From Patescibacteria group bacterium (GTDB lineage Bacteria > Patescibacteriota > Microgenomatia > UBA1400 > PJMF01): a DNA stretch of 64,000 nucleotides. The position numbers and the translations under genes are program-made. Positions 39,375 through 48,212 of the stretch are shown one piece after another. Position 1 is the first letter of the stretch. The number at the start of each line of letters is the position of its first letter. The notes under the pieces are model-generated. The model worked only from the letters and a program-made list of their open reading frames with translations. It was not told the origin of the DNA and did not search any database. The stretch covers positions 4,667 through 68,666 of the forward strand of contig JAHJTF010000020.1 in NCBI GenBank assembly GCA_018830045.1, written 5' to 3'.

Positions 39375-41060
39375 ATGATTGCTCAAATAAAAGATTTTTT
39401 TTCTAACTTTACTGGCAATGGTAATTGGCTAGAAAAACAGCAAAATTCGATTTTATCTGCTGCAGCTGTGATTACAGTAGCCAATGTACTCTCATCTCTT
39501 TCTGGTCTAGTTAGAGAAAGATTATTAATCTCTGAATTTTTCTCTACCCCTAGCTCCCAGCAGGCTTATGAAGCTTTTCAAATAGCTTTCCAAATCCCCG
39601 ATATGATGTTCCAACTCATTATTTTAGGTGCGGTCTCAGCGGCATTTATTCCTGTCTTTACTCAATTAAAGCGCGACCACAATGAAGCCACAGCTCTACA
39701 AATGAGCTCTACCACCATGACAATTTTGTTATTGGTTTTCATGCTTGCTTCGGTGGTGGTGGCTTATTTCGCTCATCCTCTAACTGCCTGGAGAACGGGC
39801 CATGAGTTTACCGACACCCAAATCACTATTGCCGCTACTTTGACTCAAATTATGCTCATCGCTCAATTGTTTTTTGCTGTTTCTAATTTTCTGACCGGTA
39901 TGCTCCAGGCTTATCAAAGATTTATTATTCCCGCCATCGCCCCAGTTTTATACAACTTGGGTATCTTAATTGGAGTGTTTCTCTTTTCATCTCAACTGGG
40001 TATCTACTCTGCCGGAGTCGGAGTAATTATTGGGGCCTTTATTCACATGGCAATACAGTTGCCTTTCGCGCTCAAGCTCGGATTTAGGTTTAAACCCTCC
40101 TTATCATTGTCTTTCCCCGGAGTAAAACAATTTTTCTCATTAATGCCAGCACGACTATTAACTATCAGCATGACTGAGCTGCAAAATTTAAGCTTGGGCT
40201 TTTTTGCTACTTCATTAGGCAATCTTAGTTTTGTGGTGATCCGCTTGGCGTTGCGACTGATGACTATTCCAATTCGCTTGTTTGGTGTCCCCATTAGCCA
40301 AGCTTCCTTGCCATTTCTCTCAGCCCAATCCGGGAGTAAAACCTTGGTCAGCTTTACTACTCTAGTGACTAAATCGCTCCACCAAATTGCTTTCTTTGCC
40401 TATCCAGCCTCGGTTTTACTTCTAATTCTCCGCATCCCCTTTGTGAGGTTGATCTTTGGTACTCGCAATTTCCCTTGGGAAACCACTATTATCACCGGAA
40501 AAGTAGTCGCTATCATCTCTATCTCCATTGGCGCTCAAGCCATGGCACAGTTATTGATCAGAGCTTTTCATGCACTTAAAGATACTCGCACCCCATTTTT
40601 TATTACCCTGGCCACCACTACTTTTTATCTACTCTGCAGTTGGTACTTTGTCTTTCACACCCTCTGGGGGGTTATGGGGATTGCAGTTAGCATTGCTTCC
40701 ACGGCTTTTCTTGAGTTAATTTTATGCGTACTACTGCTAAACCATAAATTGCCTGAATTTGCTAAATCAGCCTTATGGATACCGCAAATCAAGATGTTAA
40801 CCGCTAGTTTTTTCATGGCAGTCTTCCTCTATTTACCGTTTAAAATTCTTGATGAGCTAGTTTTTAATACCACCAAAACCGTAGAGTTAATTGGCCTGAC
40901 GGTGACTACGGGCACGATTGGTCTTTTAGTTTATATGTACTTTTCTGCTCTCTTTGAAATAAAAGAGTTGAAGCTTTTTGCTCATTTGATCACTAAATTT
41001 GGTCCCTGGAAAAAATCGCTTGAGAAAACAAAAGAAGTCATTGTGGAAACCAGCGTTTAA
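39375..41060 (+). CDS. murJ: Lipid II flippase MurJ (MviN family)
   Basis: 561-aa polytopic membrane protein with an overall MurJ-like topology and N-terminal region. Called by family resemblance. Confidence 0.55.
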   Translation: MIAQIKDFFSNFTGNGNWLEKQQNSILSAAAVITVANVLSSLSGLVRERLLISEFFSTPSSQQAYEAFQIAFQIPDMMFQLIILGAVSAAFIPVFTQLKRDHNEATALQMSSTTMTILLLVFMLASVVVAYFAHPLTAWRTGHEFTDTQITIAATLTQIMLIAQLFFAVSNFLTGMLQAYQRFIIPAIAPVLYNLGILIGVFLFSSQLGIYSAGVGVIIGAFIHMAIQLPFALKLGFRFKPSLSLSFPGVKQFFSLMPARLLTISMTELQNLSLGFFATSLGNLSFVVIRLALRLMTIPIRLFGVPISQASLPFLSAQSGSKTLVSFTTLVTKSLHQIAFFAYPASVLLLILRIPFVRLIFGTRNFPWETTIITGKVVAIISISIGAQAMAQLLIRAFHALKDTRTPFFITLATTTFYLLCSWYFVFHTLWGVMGIAVSIASTAFLELILCVLLLNHKLPEFAKSALWIPQIKMLTASFFMAVFLYLPFKILDELVFNTTKTVELIGLTVTTGTIGLLVYMYFSALFEIKELKLFAHLITKFGPWKKSLEKTKEVIVETSV

Positions 41061-41146
41061 GGCGACGAAATCTAAGTGGGAACCAGCGTTTAAGGCGACA
41101 AAATCTAAGTGGGAACCAGCGTTTAAGGCGACAAAATCTAACACAA
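41045..41146 (+). repeat. 3x ~34-bp direct tandem repeat spanning the murJ stop codon
   Basis: ggaaaccagcgtttaaggcgacgaaatctaagtg / ggaaccagcgtttaaggcgacaaaatctaagtg / ggaaccagcgtttaaggcgacaaaatctaacac. Confidence 0.7.
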
Positions 41147-41179
41147 TGAAAGCTAGCCAGTTCTGCTAAAATAGATCTG

Positions 41180-41758
41180 ATGTCATTCCTGCCCTTTTTT
41201 AAAAATCAGCATCACGCTGAGATTAATATCAATCTTATTCCTAAAGACCCGTTTTTTGAGACTATCATAGGCAAGACCTTGCGTTGGGCGCTATCTGTGG
41301 GTCGTTACATTGTAATTTTCACAGAGTTAATGGTTATTTTAAGCTTTGTATCCAGATTTACCCTGGACAGACAATTAACTAATCTCAATGATGGGATTCA
41401 CCAAAAAGAGATGGTGATTAAATCTTACGGTGATTTAGAAGAAAAAGTCCGTTTAGTTCAAACCAAAACAGATCAATACCAACAAATAGAACAGCAGGCT
41501 AACATCAGTGATATTTTCCCTGCTCTAACTAAAATTACTCCCAAGAGTATCGAGCTCAGTGAACTCACCATTAAACCCACTAAAATTGCCATGTCAGGGA
41601 GAGCCTTATCGCAACAATCATTAAATATTTTGATTAATAATTTTCAACTCTCTAGTAATTTTTTTAATGTCTCTATTGATCGCATCGAGGCTGGTGATGC
41701 TCAAAAACCAGGCTTTAGTTTTTTAATTAGTGCGCAGACCAAAGAACTAAAACAATAA
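41180..41758 (+). CDS. pilN: Type IV pilus assembly protein PilN-like
   Basis: N-terminal ININLIP motif followed by a single TM and a periplasmic domain; 192 aa. Confidence 0.5.
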   Translation: MSFLPFFKNQHHAEININLIPKDPFFETIIGKTLRWALSVGRYIVIFTELMVILSFVSRFTLDRQLTNLNDGIHQKEMVIKSYGDLEEKVRLVQTKTDQYQQIEQQANISDIFPALTKITPKSIELSELTIKPTKIAMSGRALSQQSLNILINNFQLSSNFFNVSIDRIEAGDAQKPGFSFLISAQTKELKQ

Positions 41759-41788
41759 CTAGATACATGAAATAATTAAACTTAACTT

Positions 41789-42496
41789 ATGCAAACAAAA
41801 AAACAGCGTGATTTAATCGAAGCCTTGCAGAAATTCTATCAACGCCCGGTGGCTAAGGTTTCACTGGAATTATTTTTTTCAATCGCTGCCGTTTTATTTT
41901 TTGCTATCTTTGCTATTAAACCCACCCTATTAACTATGTCTGATTTATTAAAAGAAATCGAAGACAAGAAAAAACTCGACCAACAATTTTCACAAAAAAT
42001 TGCTGCCCTGTCTAGCATACAACCCACTTACCTCCAGTTGCAAAACCGGCTAGTTATCATAGACGAGGCTATTCCTGGTACGCCTCAGTTGGTTTATTCA
42101 TTAAAAATTATTGAAAAAATTGCCAGTGAGATTGGTTTAGTCATCAATAGTATTAATGTAGCTGAAATTCCGGACGAGATTAAAACAAGTTCTGACACAA
42201 TTCCGGACGAGATTAAAACAAATTCTGCTGAAATTCCGGGCGAAGTTAAAACCAATGTTGGCAAAACTCCACTCACTACTTTGGAAAGAATCGATGTGCC
42301 AGTCGCCCTAAGCGTACAGGGAGATTACCCAATTATTCGACAGTTTATTGAAAATCTGAAAAATTATCGACGTAGCTTTGTGATCGATACCGTCGTGTTT
42401 ACCTCTAAAGAAATACGGGGAAACAGAAAACTCGAAGCCAGGATTACTATTAGTATGCCTTATTTTGGATTTAATAACTCAAACAAAAAACTATGA
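41789..42496 (+). CDS. pilO: Type IV pilus assembly protein PilO-like (with internal repeat)
   Basis: Single N-terminal TM and a coiled-coil region, with position after pilN. Contains an EIPDEIKT(S/N)S repeat. Confidence 0.45.
   Translation: MQTKKQRDLIEALQKFYQRPVAKVSLELFFSIAAVLFFAIFAIKPTLLTMSDLLKEIEDKKKLDQQFSQKIAALSSIQPTYLQLQNRLVIIDEAIPGTPQLVYSLKIIEKIASEIGLVINSINVAEIPDEIKTSSDTIPDEIKTNSAEIPGEVKTNVGKTPLTTLERIDVPVALSVQGDYPIIRQFIENLKNYRRSFVIDTVVFTSKEIRGNRKLEARITISMPYFGFNNSNKKL
42164..42256 (+). repeat. 3x 30-bp in-frame tandem repeat in pilO-like gene
   Basis: gaaattccggacgagattaaaacaagttct… repeated, encoding EIPDEIKTSSDTIPDEIKTNSAEIPGEVKTN. Confidence 0.6.
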
Positions 42497-42948
42497 ATAT
42501 CTTCAAACAAAAACTAGAAGGTTTTAGGCATCATCAGCAAATAATGACCATTTTAGTCTTTACTTTAGTAGCGGTGATTCTCTGGGTGGCAGCCAGTCTG
42601 TTTAGCTCTCAACGGCGCCTGGGGATAAGCCCAGAACAACTCAAGCTATCAAAACCCCTGACTCCAGTAATAAATACAGATGTTTTGCTTAATTTAGAGC
42701 AAAAACAATCTTTTTCAAATGAAGAATTACGTAAATTCCCCATCTATATGCTTATCAAAGACCAACAGCAAATTGAGCACATTGTGGAAATAGGAACCAA
42801 GCTTGAACCTCTACCTTCCCCTAATCAAAATTCAAAATCTTTACCTAGCCCATCGCCCGCAGTTACCCCTGATCCATCGCCCGCAGCTACCCCTGATCCA
42901 TCACCCGTGGCTACCCCGAGTGCTGAAACTAATGTTCCTATAGAATAA
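42493..42948 (+). CDS. Hypothetical membrane-anchored protein with Pro/Thr-rich C-terminal repeats (PilP-like position)
   Basis: 151 aa with an N-terminal TM and a PSPSPAVTPDPSPAATPDPSPVATPS tail. Confidence 0.35.
   Translation: MNIFKQKLEGFRHHQQIMTILVFTLVAVILWVAASLFSSQRRLGISPEQLKLSKPLTPVINTDVLLNLEQKQSFSNEELRKFPIYMLIKDQQQIEHIVEIGTKLEPLPSPNQNSKSLPSPSPAVTPDPSPAATPDPSPVATPSAETNVPIE
42846..42925 (+). repeat. ~27-bp in-frame tandem repeat (about 2.5 copies)
   Basis: ccatcgcccgcagttacccctgat / ccatcgcccgcagctacccctgat / ccatcacccgtggctaccccg. Confidence 0.55.
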
Positions 42949-43027
42949 AATTGATATTCGGTTCTTCTTCGCATTGCCAACTTTCTTAGATTTCTCTAGA
43001 GTAGAGATATAGTGCAAAACTAGCTGT

Positions 43028-44641
43028 GTGTTTTTTATGCCTGAAAAAAATCCCAATAAAAAATCCTTCATGCAGAAGCGGATTCCTACTCTAGTGGGTC
43101 TAGTTGTTCTAATCATTGCCTTAATAGCAGGGACTGTTTTATTTGGCCAAGGGACAGGTGTTTTCGCTCCTAGAGCCACACCCCAAACTACACCTAAAAA
43201 AATTCGCATCTCTAATGTAACTGACTCAGGTTTTACAGTTTCATTTTTAACTGATGAAAAAACAGTCGGTCATATTAAATATGGGACTGATCCTAAAAAA
43301 ATCGACTCGCAAGCTAGTGATGATCGAGACCAACTCTCCGGAGCAGTCAACAAATATAATACTCATCATATTTCTGTGAGAGGCCTAGAGCCAAATACAG
43401 CCTTTTACTACACCTTAGGAACTGGGTCGGGCGGATTTGATAATAATGGCCAACCATTTTCTACTAAAACAACTCAACGAACGGGTGTGCCTTCTGCGGC
43501 TAAAACGATTTATGGGAGTGTGGTCAGTCCAGAAGGTAGTCCAGCTGATGGCGCCATTGTTTATGTCAAAGCTCAAAGCGTGGGTGAAATGTCTTCTTTA
43601 GTCAAAAGCTCAGGGAGTTGGGCAATTCCGCTTTCTAATGCTCGCTTGGCTGATGGTTCAGCCTATGCTCAAATTCAAGATTCAGATATTTTGACCATCT
43701 TTATCCAAGGTTTAACTATCTCCTTAGCATCAGAAGTAAATGTTGCCGTAACCGATGCTCAGCCTGTAGCTAATATTACTTTAGGTCAATCGCAAAACCT
43801 AGCCTCAACACCTGCTCAATTAGCTCAAGCGCCTGCTCAAGAGGAAAATCCTCCTGATACCATGCCAACAACAAATGAGATTACCACCATAGCACCAGAA
43901 AACGCCCCGGCCTCAACCACAAGTGGTGGATTATCAGACTTGGTCAAAAATGATGCTTCAGCATCGGCAACCAGTTCGGCAACAGCAACCAGCTCGGCAA
44001 CAGCAACCAGCTCGGCAACAGCAACCAGTTCGGCAACAGCAACCAGTTCGGCAACAATCTCAACAATACTTGACTTAACTCAAAGTACAACTGCCACAAT
44101 GTCAGTGACTGTTAATACTGCTCAACCTAAAATTATCGGTAAAGCCGCCCCCAATGTCACCATTAGCATCCAAGTTCATTCTGACACCAACATTGATCAA
44201 TATATTGTGGCTGATAGTGAGGGTAATTTTGAATTAGACATCTCTAAACTGGAACAAAAATTAGAGCCAGGCGAACACACTGTGACCTATAGCTGGCAAG
44301 ACCCAAGCACTGGTAAAACCGTCACTAAAACTCAAACTTTCTATGTCTTGGATACCAGCAATCAATTAGCTCTAGCTGACACTAATGTGAGTAAAAACCA
44401 ATACCCATACAGCTCTTCCAACCCCTACCCTCTAGATGCTTCTAAGTCAGCAGAAGCTACCAAATCTGGAACCGCCACTGATTCAGGACAAGTTGCTATG
44501 CCCTCCACTAAAAGTGCAGTACCGCTATCTGGTTCTGTGGGTACTACCTATGCTCTCATTTTGGGTGGACTATTCTTTATTTTAGCCGGTGCATGGAGTT
44601 GGTGGATTGCGAGTAACCTAGAAGAAGAGATGACTGTATAA
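43028..44641 (+). CDS. Surface-anchored protein with FN3-like N-terminal domain, Ser/Ala/Thr repeat linker and C-terminal TM anchor
   Basis: N-terminal TM; RISNVTDSGFTVSF…YGTDP…RGLEPNTAFYY (FN3-like); (SSATAT)x5 repeat; C-terminal hydrophobic anchor. Confidence 0.45.
   Translation: MFFMPEKNPNKKSFMQKRIPTLVGLVVLIIALIAGTVLFGQGTGVFAPRATPQTTPKKIRISNVTDSGFTVSFLTDEKTVGHIKYGTDPKKIDSQASDDRDQLSGAVNKYNTHHISVRGLEPNTAFYYTLGTGSGGFDNNGQPFSTKTTQRTGVPSAAKTIYGSVVSPEGSPADGAIVYVKAQSVGEMSSLVKSSGSWAIPLSNARLADGSAYAQIQDSDILTIFIQGLTISLASEVNVAVTDAQPVANITLGQSQNLASTPAQLAQAPAQEENPPDTMPTTNEITTIAPENAPASTTSGGLSDLVKNDASASATSSATATSSATATSSATATSSATATSSATISTILDLTQSTTATMSVTVNTAQPKIIGKAAPNVTISIQVHSDTNIDQYIVADSEGNFELDISKLEQKLEPGEHTVTYSWQDPSTGKTVTKTQTFYVLDTSNQLALADTNVSKNQYPYSSSNPYPLDASKSAEATKSGTATDSGQVAMPSTKSAVPLSGSVGTTYALILGGLFFILAGAWSWWIASNLEEEMTV
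43966..44056 (+). repeat. 5x 18-bp in-frame tandem repeat (gcaaccagYtcggcaaca)
   Basis: Direct tandem copies encoding SSATAT. Confidence 0.7.
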
Positions 44642-44653
44642 TAGGCTCCTTGT

Positions 44654-45262
44654 ATGGAGATTCATCCTTATTATTATTCGTTGGAAAAACGTCTTTTTGA
44701 TGTAGTTCTAGCTATTTTTGTATTAATAATTTTATTCCCTATTCTATTAATGATTACCCTTTTAATCATGATCGGGATGGGATGGCCAGTGTTTTACCTG
44801 CAAAAAAGAGTAGGGAAAGATAAAAAAATTTTTGAGATGATTAAATTTCGCACCATGTATGTTGGTGCGCAAAAAAATCAATGGCGGTATCGCCAACACA
44901 ATCAGGCCCCAGAGCCAATGTATAAAAATTGGGACGACCCACGTTTTGTGAGCATAGGTAGATGGTTAGCAAAAACTGGCTTGGATGAACTTCCTCAACT
45001 CATTAACATTTTAAAAGGAGAGATGAGTTTTATAGGGCCAAGACCCCTACCAATACAAGAAGTTGGAAAACTAGATAAAACCTGGAATTTCAGGTATCTA
45101 GTCAGACAAGGAGTGTTTTCAGAATGGAGTACGTCTTTAAAAAAATACCTAACTCTCGAAGATTGGAAAAAACTAGAAGAAAAAACCCTCAGAAGAGGTG
45201 GGTTGGGGTATGAGGTTAAAACAATTGTCGCTACCTTTAAAACTTTATTACTAAAAATATAA
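44654..45262 (+). CDS. Polyprenyl-phosphate sugar phosphotransferase (bacterial sugar transferase, WbaP/EpsL C-terminal domain type)
   Basis: MIKFRTMY…DELPQLINILKGEMSFIGPRP, the signature of the bacterial sugar transferase family. Confidence 0.7.
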   Translation: MEIHPYYYSLEKRLFDVVLAIFVLIILFPILLMITLLIMIGMGWPVFYLQKRVGKDKKIFEMIKFRTMYVGAQKNQWRYRQHNQAPEPMYKNWDDPRFVSIGRWLAKTGLDELPQLINILKGEMSFIGPRPLPIQEVGKLDKTWNFRYLVRQGVFSEWSTSLKKYLTLEDWKKLEEKTLRRGGLGYEVKTIVATFKTLLLKI

Positions 45263-45265
45263 TCC

Positions 45266-47998
45266 TCATTGGAACAAATGCTCCCAGTCCTCTCTTGGAA
45301 GAATTTGTTCCATTATTCGAGTAACTACTTCGGCTTTTTCCAAAAGATCATTTTCTAATAAGTTCTGAACTACTGATTGCAAATAAACAATCAATTCCAT
45401 CCTGGGTTCATAGGCAATAGCTGGTATTTGATTAGTAAGCAGGGAGTATTTAAAAGCCCGATCGTAATTCTGTTCACTTATTAGTTTTTTAATTAAAGTC
45501 ACAAAAACTTGAGTGCGCTCCTCTGTTTTCCAACCAATTTTTTCCCATGACCAATCAAAAGTAGCATCAATATAAACAGTTAAATTAACTGTAGATATCT
45601 TATTTTGATCAATTACCTCAAACCACTGCGGTTCTTCATTTAAAATCCAGGGAACTAGTTCTTGCGCCAGCTGATAACTCTGGATGGTCTTTGGCATCTC
45701 AGTTATCGCCAAATGGTTGCCTACCTCAACTAAGTACTGAGCTGTTTTCAGCTGGGGGTTGAAGTGAAGCGAAAACTCACTCTTATCAGACAAAAACTGC
45801 CAGACTTTGAAAATAGCTTCCAGATTCTCAAAAGCTTGACTATACTCATTTCGTTCTAAATTAATTTGAACTTGAGCTAAGGCCGTTTGGGAGAGAGTTT
45901 CCCAAATATCTCTACTCCGCCAATCGGTTAACTCAGCCAACCACTTTGCGTAGTGGGGAAATTTTAATAATTCGTCCTTTGATTTTACTGCGACCAAGGC
46001 ATTTAGGAAAGCTTGTGAATACACTTCGCGATATTGACCAAAGTATTCGCCGGGAATCTCCGCAAGAGAAACAAAAAAAACTATTTCCTGATCGGGAGAT
46101 AGATGATGCTGTAAAAATATGGGTGGATGCTTGTGTAAAATCCACTCATCTTCAAATCGAGCCCGGGCATACCACTTGGCTGTTTCTGCCGGTTGATTAG
46201 CCTGATAAAACAAATCGGCTAGCTTTAGCATTTGCTGTGTTAATTCAATTTTCTTGTTATAGCTAATCTTATAAAATCCTGATTTTTCTATCTGTCGCCA
46301 AACTGCCAAGGTTTTATTAATTTGCACAACAGCCTGCTCTAACTCTGCTTTCTCTAGGTAATAGCTAACTACATCTTGAGTCGCTCTATTCCCCGGTTGT
46401 AACTCTAACCAGTTTTCTCTTAAACGCTGCTGAATATTTTGGTCACTAATGGAACTAATATATGATTGGTAGATATCTGGATGATATTGATAGATTTGAA
46501 AAAATTTTTCTTTTTGCTGGTCTAATATAGTAGGTGACATTTCATATATTTTACGATGCCAATGAAAATAAGGAAAAATATTAAAAGCTTGGCCAACTTT
46601 ACCATTAGCTATGAATGACTCAATAATCAAATAAATTACTGCCAAACTGATTAGCAGCAGTAATGCTCCGTAATAAGTAGCTTTGAACAAAAGCTCTATA
46701 ATTTTATCATTTCTTTTTAAAATCAATGGAAAAAAATTTTCTGACCTAATAACAAGAGCAGCTAAAATCATAGTTAATGCCAATAAACCAGTAAAACTCC
46801 AATCAAAGTCAAAAATAACATTTAAATAAATGCCTATTAAACTAAGGGCGATTGCTTTTTGCCAAGTCAGCTTTTTTTTATCTGATTTGAAAGCTAAATG
46901 AATGACTTTAATTAATAAAACTCCCATTAATAAAAGAAATCCACTTCCACCGACCACTCCTAACTCAGCAAACATTTGTAAATAAGCATTATGTGCATAG
47001 CTAGTTGCTTCTAGTGGCATAATTTGATATTTTTTAGATGTTATTCCAAACGTTCCAGGGCCTGCTCCCAGCAACGGAAACTCTTTCGCAACCATGAAAG
47101 CCTGATGCCAGTACCAGAGCCGCACTTCTGTCCCCAAAGATTTACATAGTTGTTTCTTAAACAGTGGCGTCGGACAAAAAAAGTTATCTTTAATAATCGG
47201 GGTAATTGAAAAAAATATTTGGGTAGCGAAAGTCAACAAAAAAAGACTTACTAAAATTAGTAAAACTTTTTTAATTAAAGAATCTAACGGTTTTTTGTGT
47301 TGGAAAAAAATTAATATTAAAAAAATTAATTGCAGAAATCCAATTGAAACTGCTGTCCGACCAAAACTTAATAATAACGATAAACTGAAGATAACTGTCA
47401 AGGCCAATCGTCCATAATTATGCGAAGAATTAGAATTTTTATCTAAAGCCCACCACCAACTCAAAGGAATTACTAGTAATAAAAGTGCTGCTAGGTGATT
47501 ATGACCATAGGTAGCATGCAATAAATTCATTCCCGGTAACATCTCGGCCCAACTAGGAATTAAGAAAAAGCCAACACTAATAATTGTTGCCACTATGCCC
47601 AACAGTAGCAAGGTGCTAATTATCAGTTGAGGGAAAATTAATTTTTCATGCAAAACCACAAACCAAAACACCACAAATACCATCAGCCAACTGCTAGTGG
47701 CATCAAAAGTTAGGGGCCAGCTAATAGTTGAAATAGCTGCTAAGCCAAAAAACACCAAAAAACAAAACCAACTGACTGCAACTAGACGATAATGATGTAA
47801 TTTGGACCACTGTATTCTTCGACTGTAAAGCAATAAGAACAAACTCATCACACCCGATACCAAGTAACTCAAGTATGATTGACTCAATAATAATAAAAAT
47901 AATAAAGAACACAACCAACCAAGTATAAAAATTAAATATCGATTATCTTGTCTCACATATATATGATAACATTTATCAAGATGCTGATTTTCCAACAA
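45266..47998 (-). CDS. O-antigen ligase/polymerase-family (Wzy_C-like) polytopic membrane protein with a long C-terminal soluble helical domain
   Basis: 910 aa; the N-terminal ~450 aa are multi-TM with a Wzy_C-like loop. Called by family resemblance. Confidence 0.4.
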   Translation of the reverse strand: MLENQHLDKCYHIYVRQDNRYLIFILGWLCSLLFLLLLSQSYLSYLVSGVMSLFLLLYSRRIQWSKLHHYRLVAVSWFCFLVFFGLAAISTISWPLTFDATSSWLMVFVVFWFVVLHEKLIFPQLIISTLLLLGIVATIISVGFFLIPSWAEMLPGMNLLHATYGHNHLAALLLLVIPLSWWWALDKNSNSSHNYGRLALTVIFSLSLLLSFGRTAVSIGFLQLIFLILIFFQHKKPLDSLIKKVLLILVSLFLLTFATQIFFSITPIIKDNFFCPTPLFKKQLCKSLGTEVRLWYWHQAFMVAKEFPLLGAGPGTFGITSKKYQIMPLEATSYAHNAYLQMFAELGVVGGSGFLLLMGVLLIKVIHLAFKSDKKKLTWQKAIALSLIGIYLNVIFDFDWSFTGLLALTMILAALVIRSENFFPLILKRNDKIIELLFKATYYGALLLLISLAVIYLIIESFIANGKVGQAFNIFPYFHWHRKIYEMSPTILDQQKEKFFQIYQYHPDIYQSYISSISDQNIQQRLRENWLELQPGNRATQDVVSYYLEKAELEQAVVQINKTLAVWRQIEKSGFYKISYNKKIELTQQMLKLADLFYQANQPAETAKWYARARFEDEWILHKHPPIFLQHHLSPDQEIVFFVSLAEIPGEYFGQYREVYSQAFLNALVAVKSKDELLKFPHYAKWLAELTDWRSRDIWETLSQTALAQVQINLERNEYSQAFENLEAIFKVWQFLSDKSEFSLHFNPQLKTAQYLVEVGNHLAITEMPKTIQSYQLAQELVPWILNEEPQWFEVIDQNKISTVNLTVYIDATFDWSWEKIGWKTEERTQVFVTLIKKLISEQNYDRAFKYSLLTNQIPAIAYEPRMELIVYLQSVVQNLLENDLLEKAEVVTRIMEQILPREDWEHLFQ

Positions 47999-48212
47999 TT
48001 TAATAAATTTAAAGATAAAATTCAGGATACGTTTCTACAAATTTTATCAGTGTTTAGTTTAGCCGTGACTTATTTGTTGGGAGTGGGATTGACTCGCTTA
48101 ATATCAGTATTTGTTGATAAAAAATTTTTGCCCCCTGCTTCCACGAGCTCTCAGTGGCAGACAACAAAGTACTCAGATAAAGTTAATAATAGTTTATACT
48201 AAAACAATTTCT

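Noticed and set aside
41045-41146. Possible CRISPR array
   Set aside because: The units are directly abutting tandem copies with no intervening spacers, and no cas genes are nearby.
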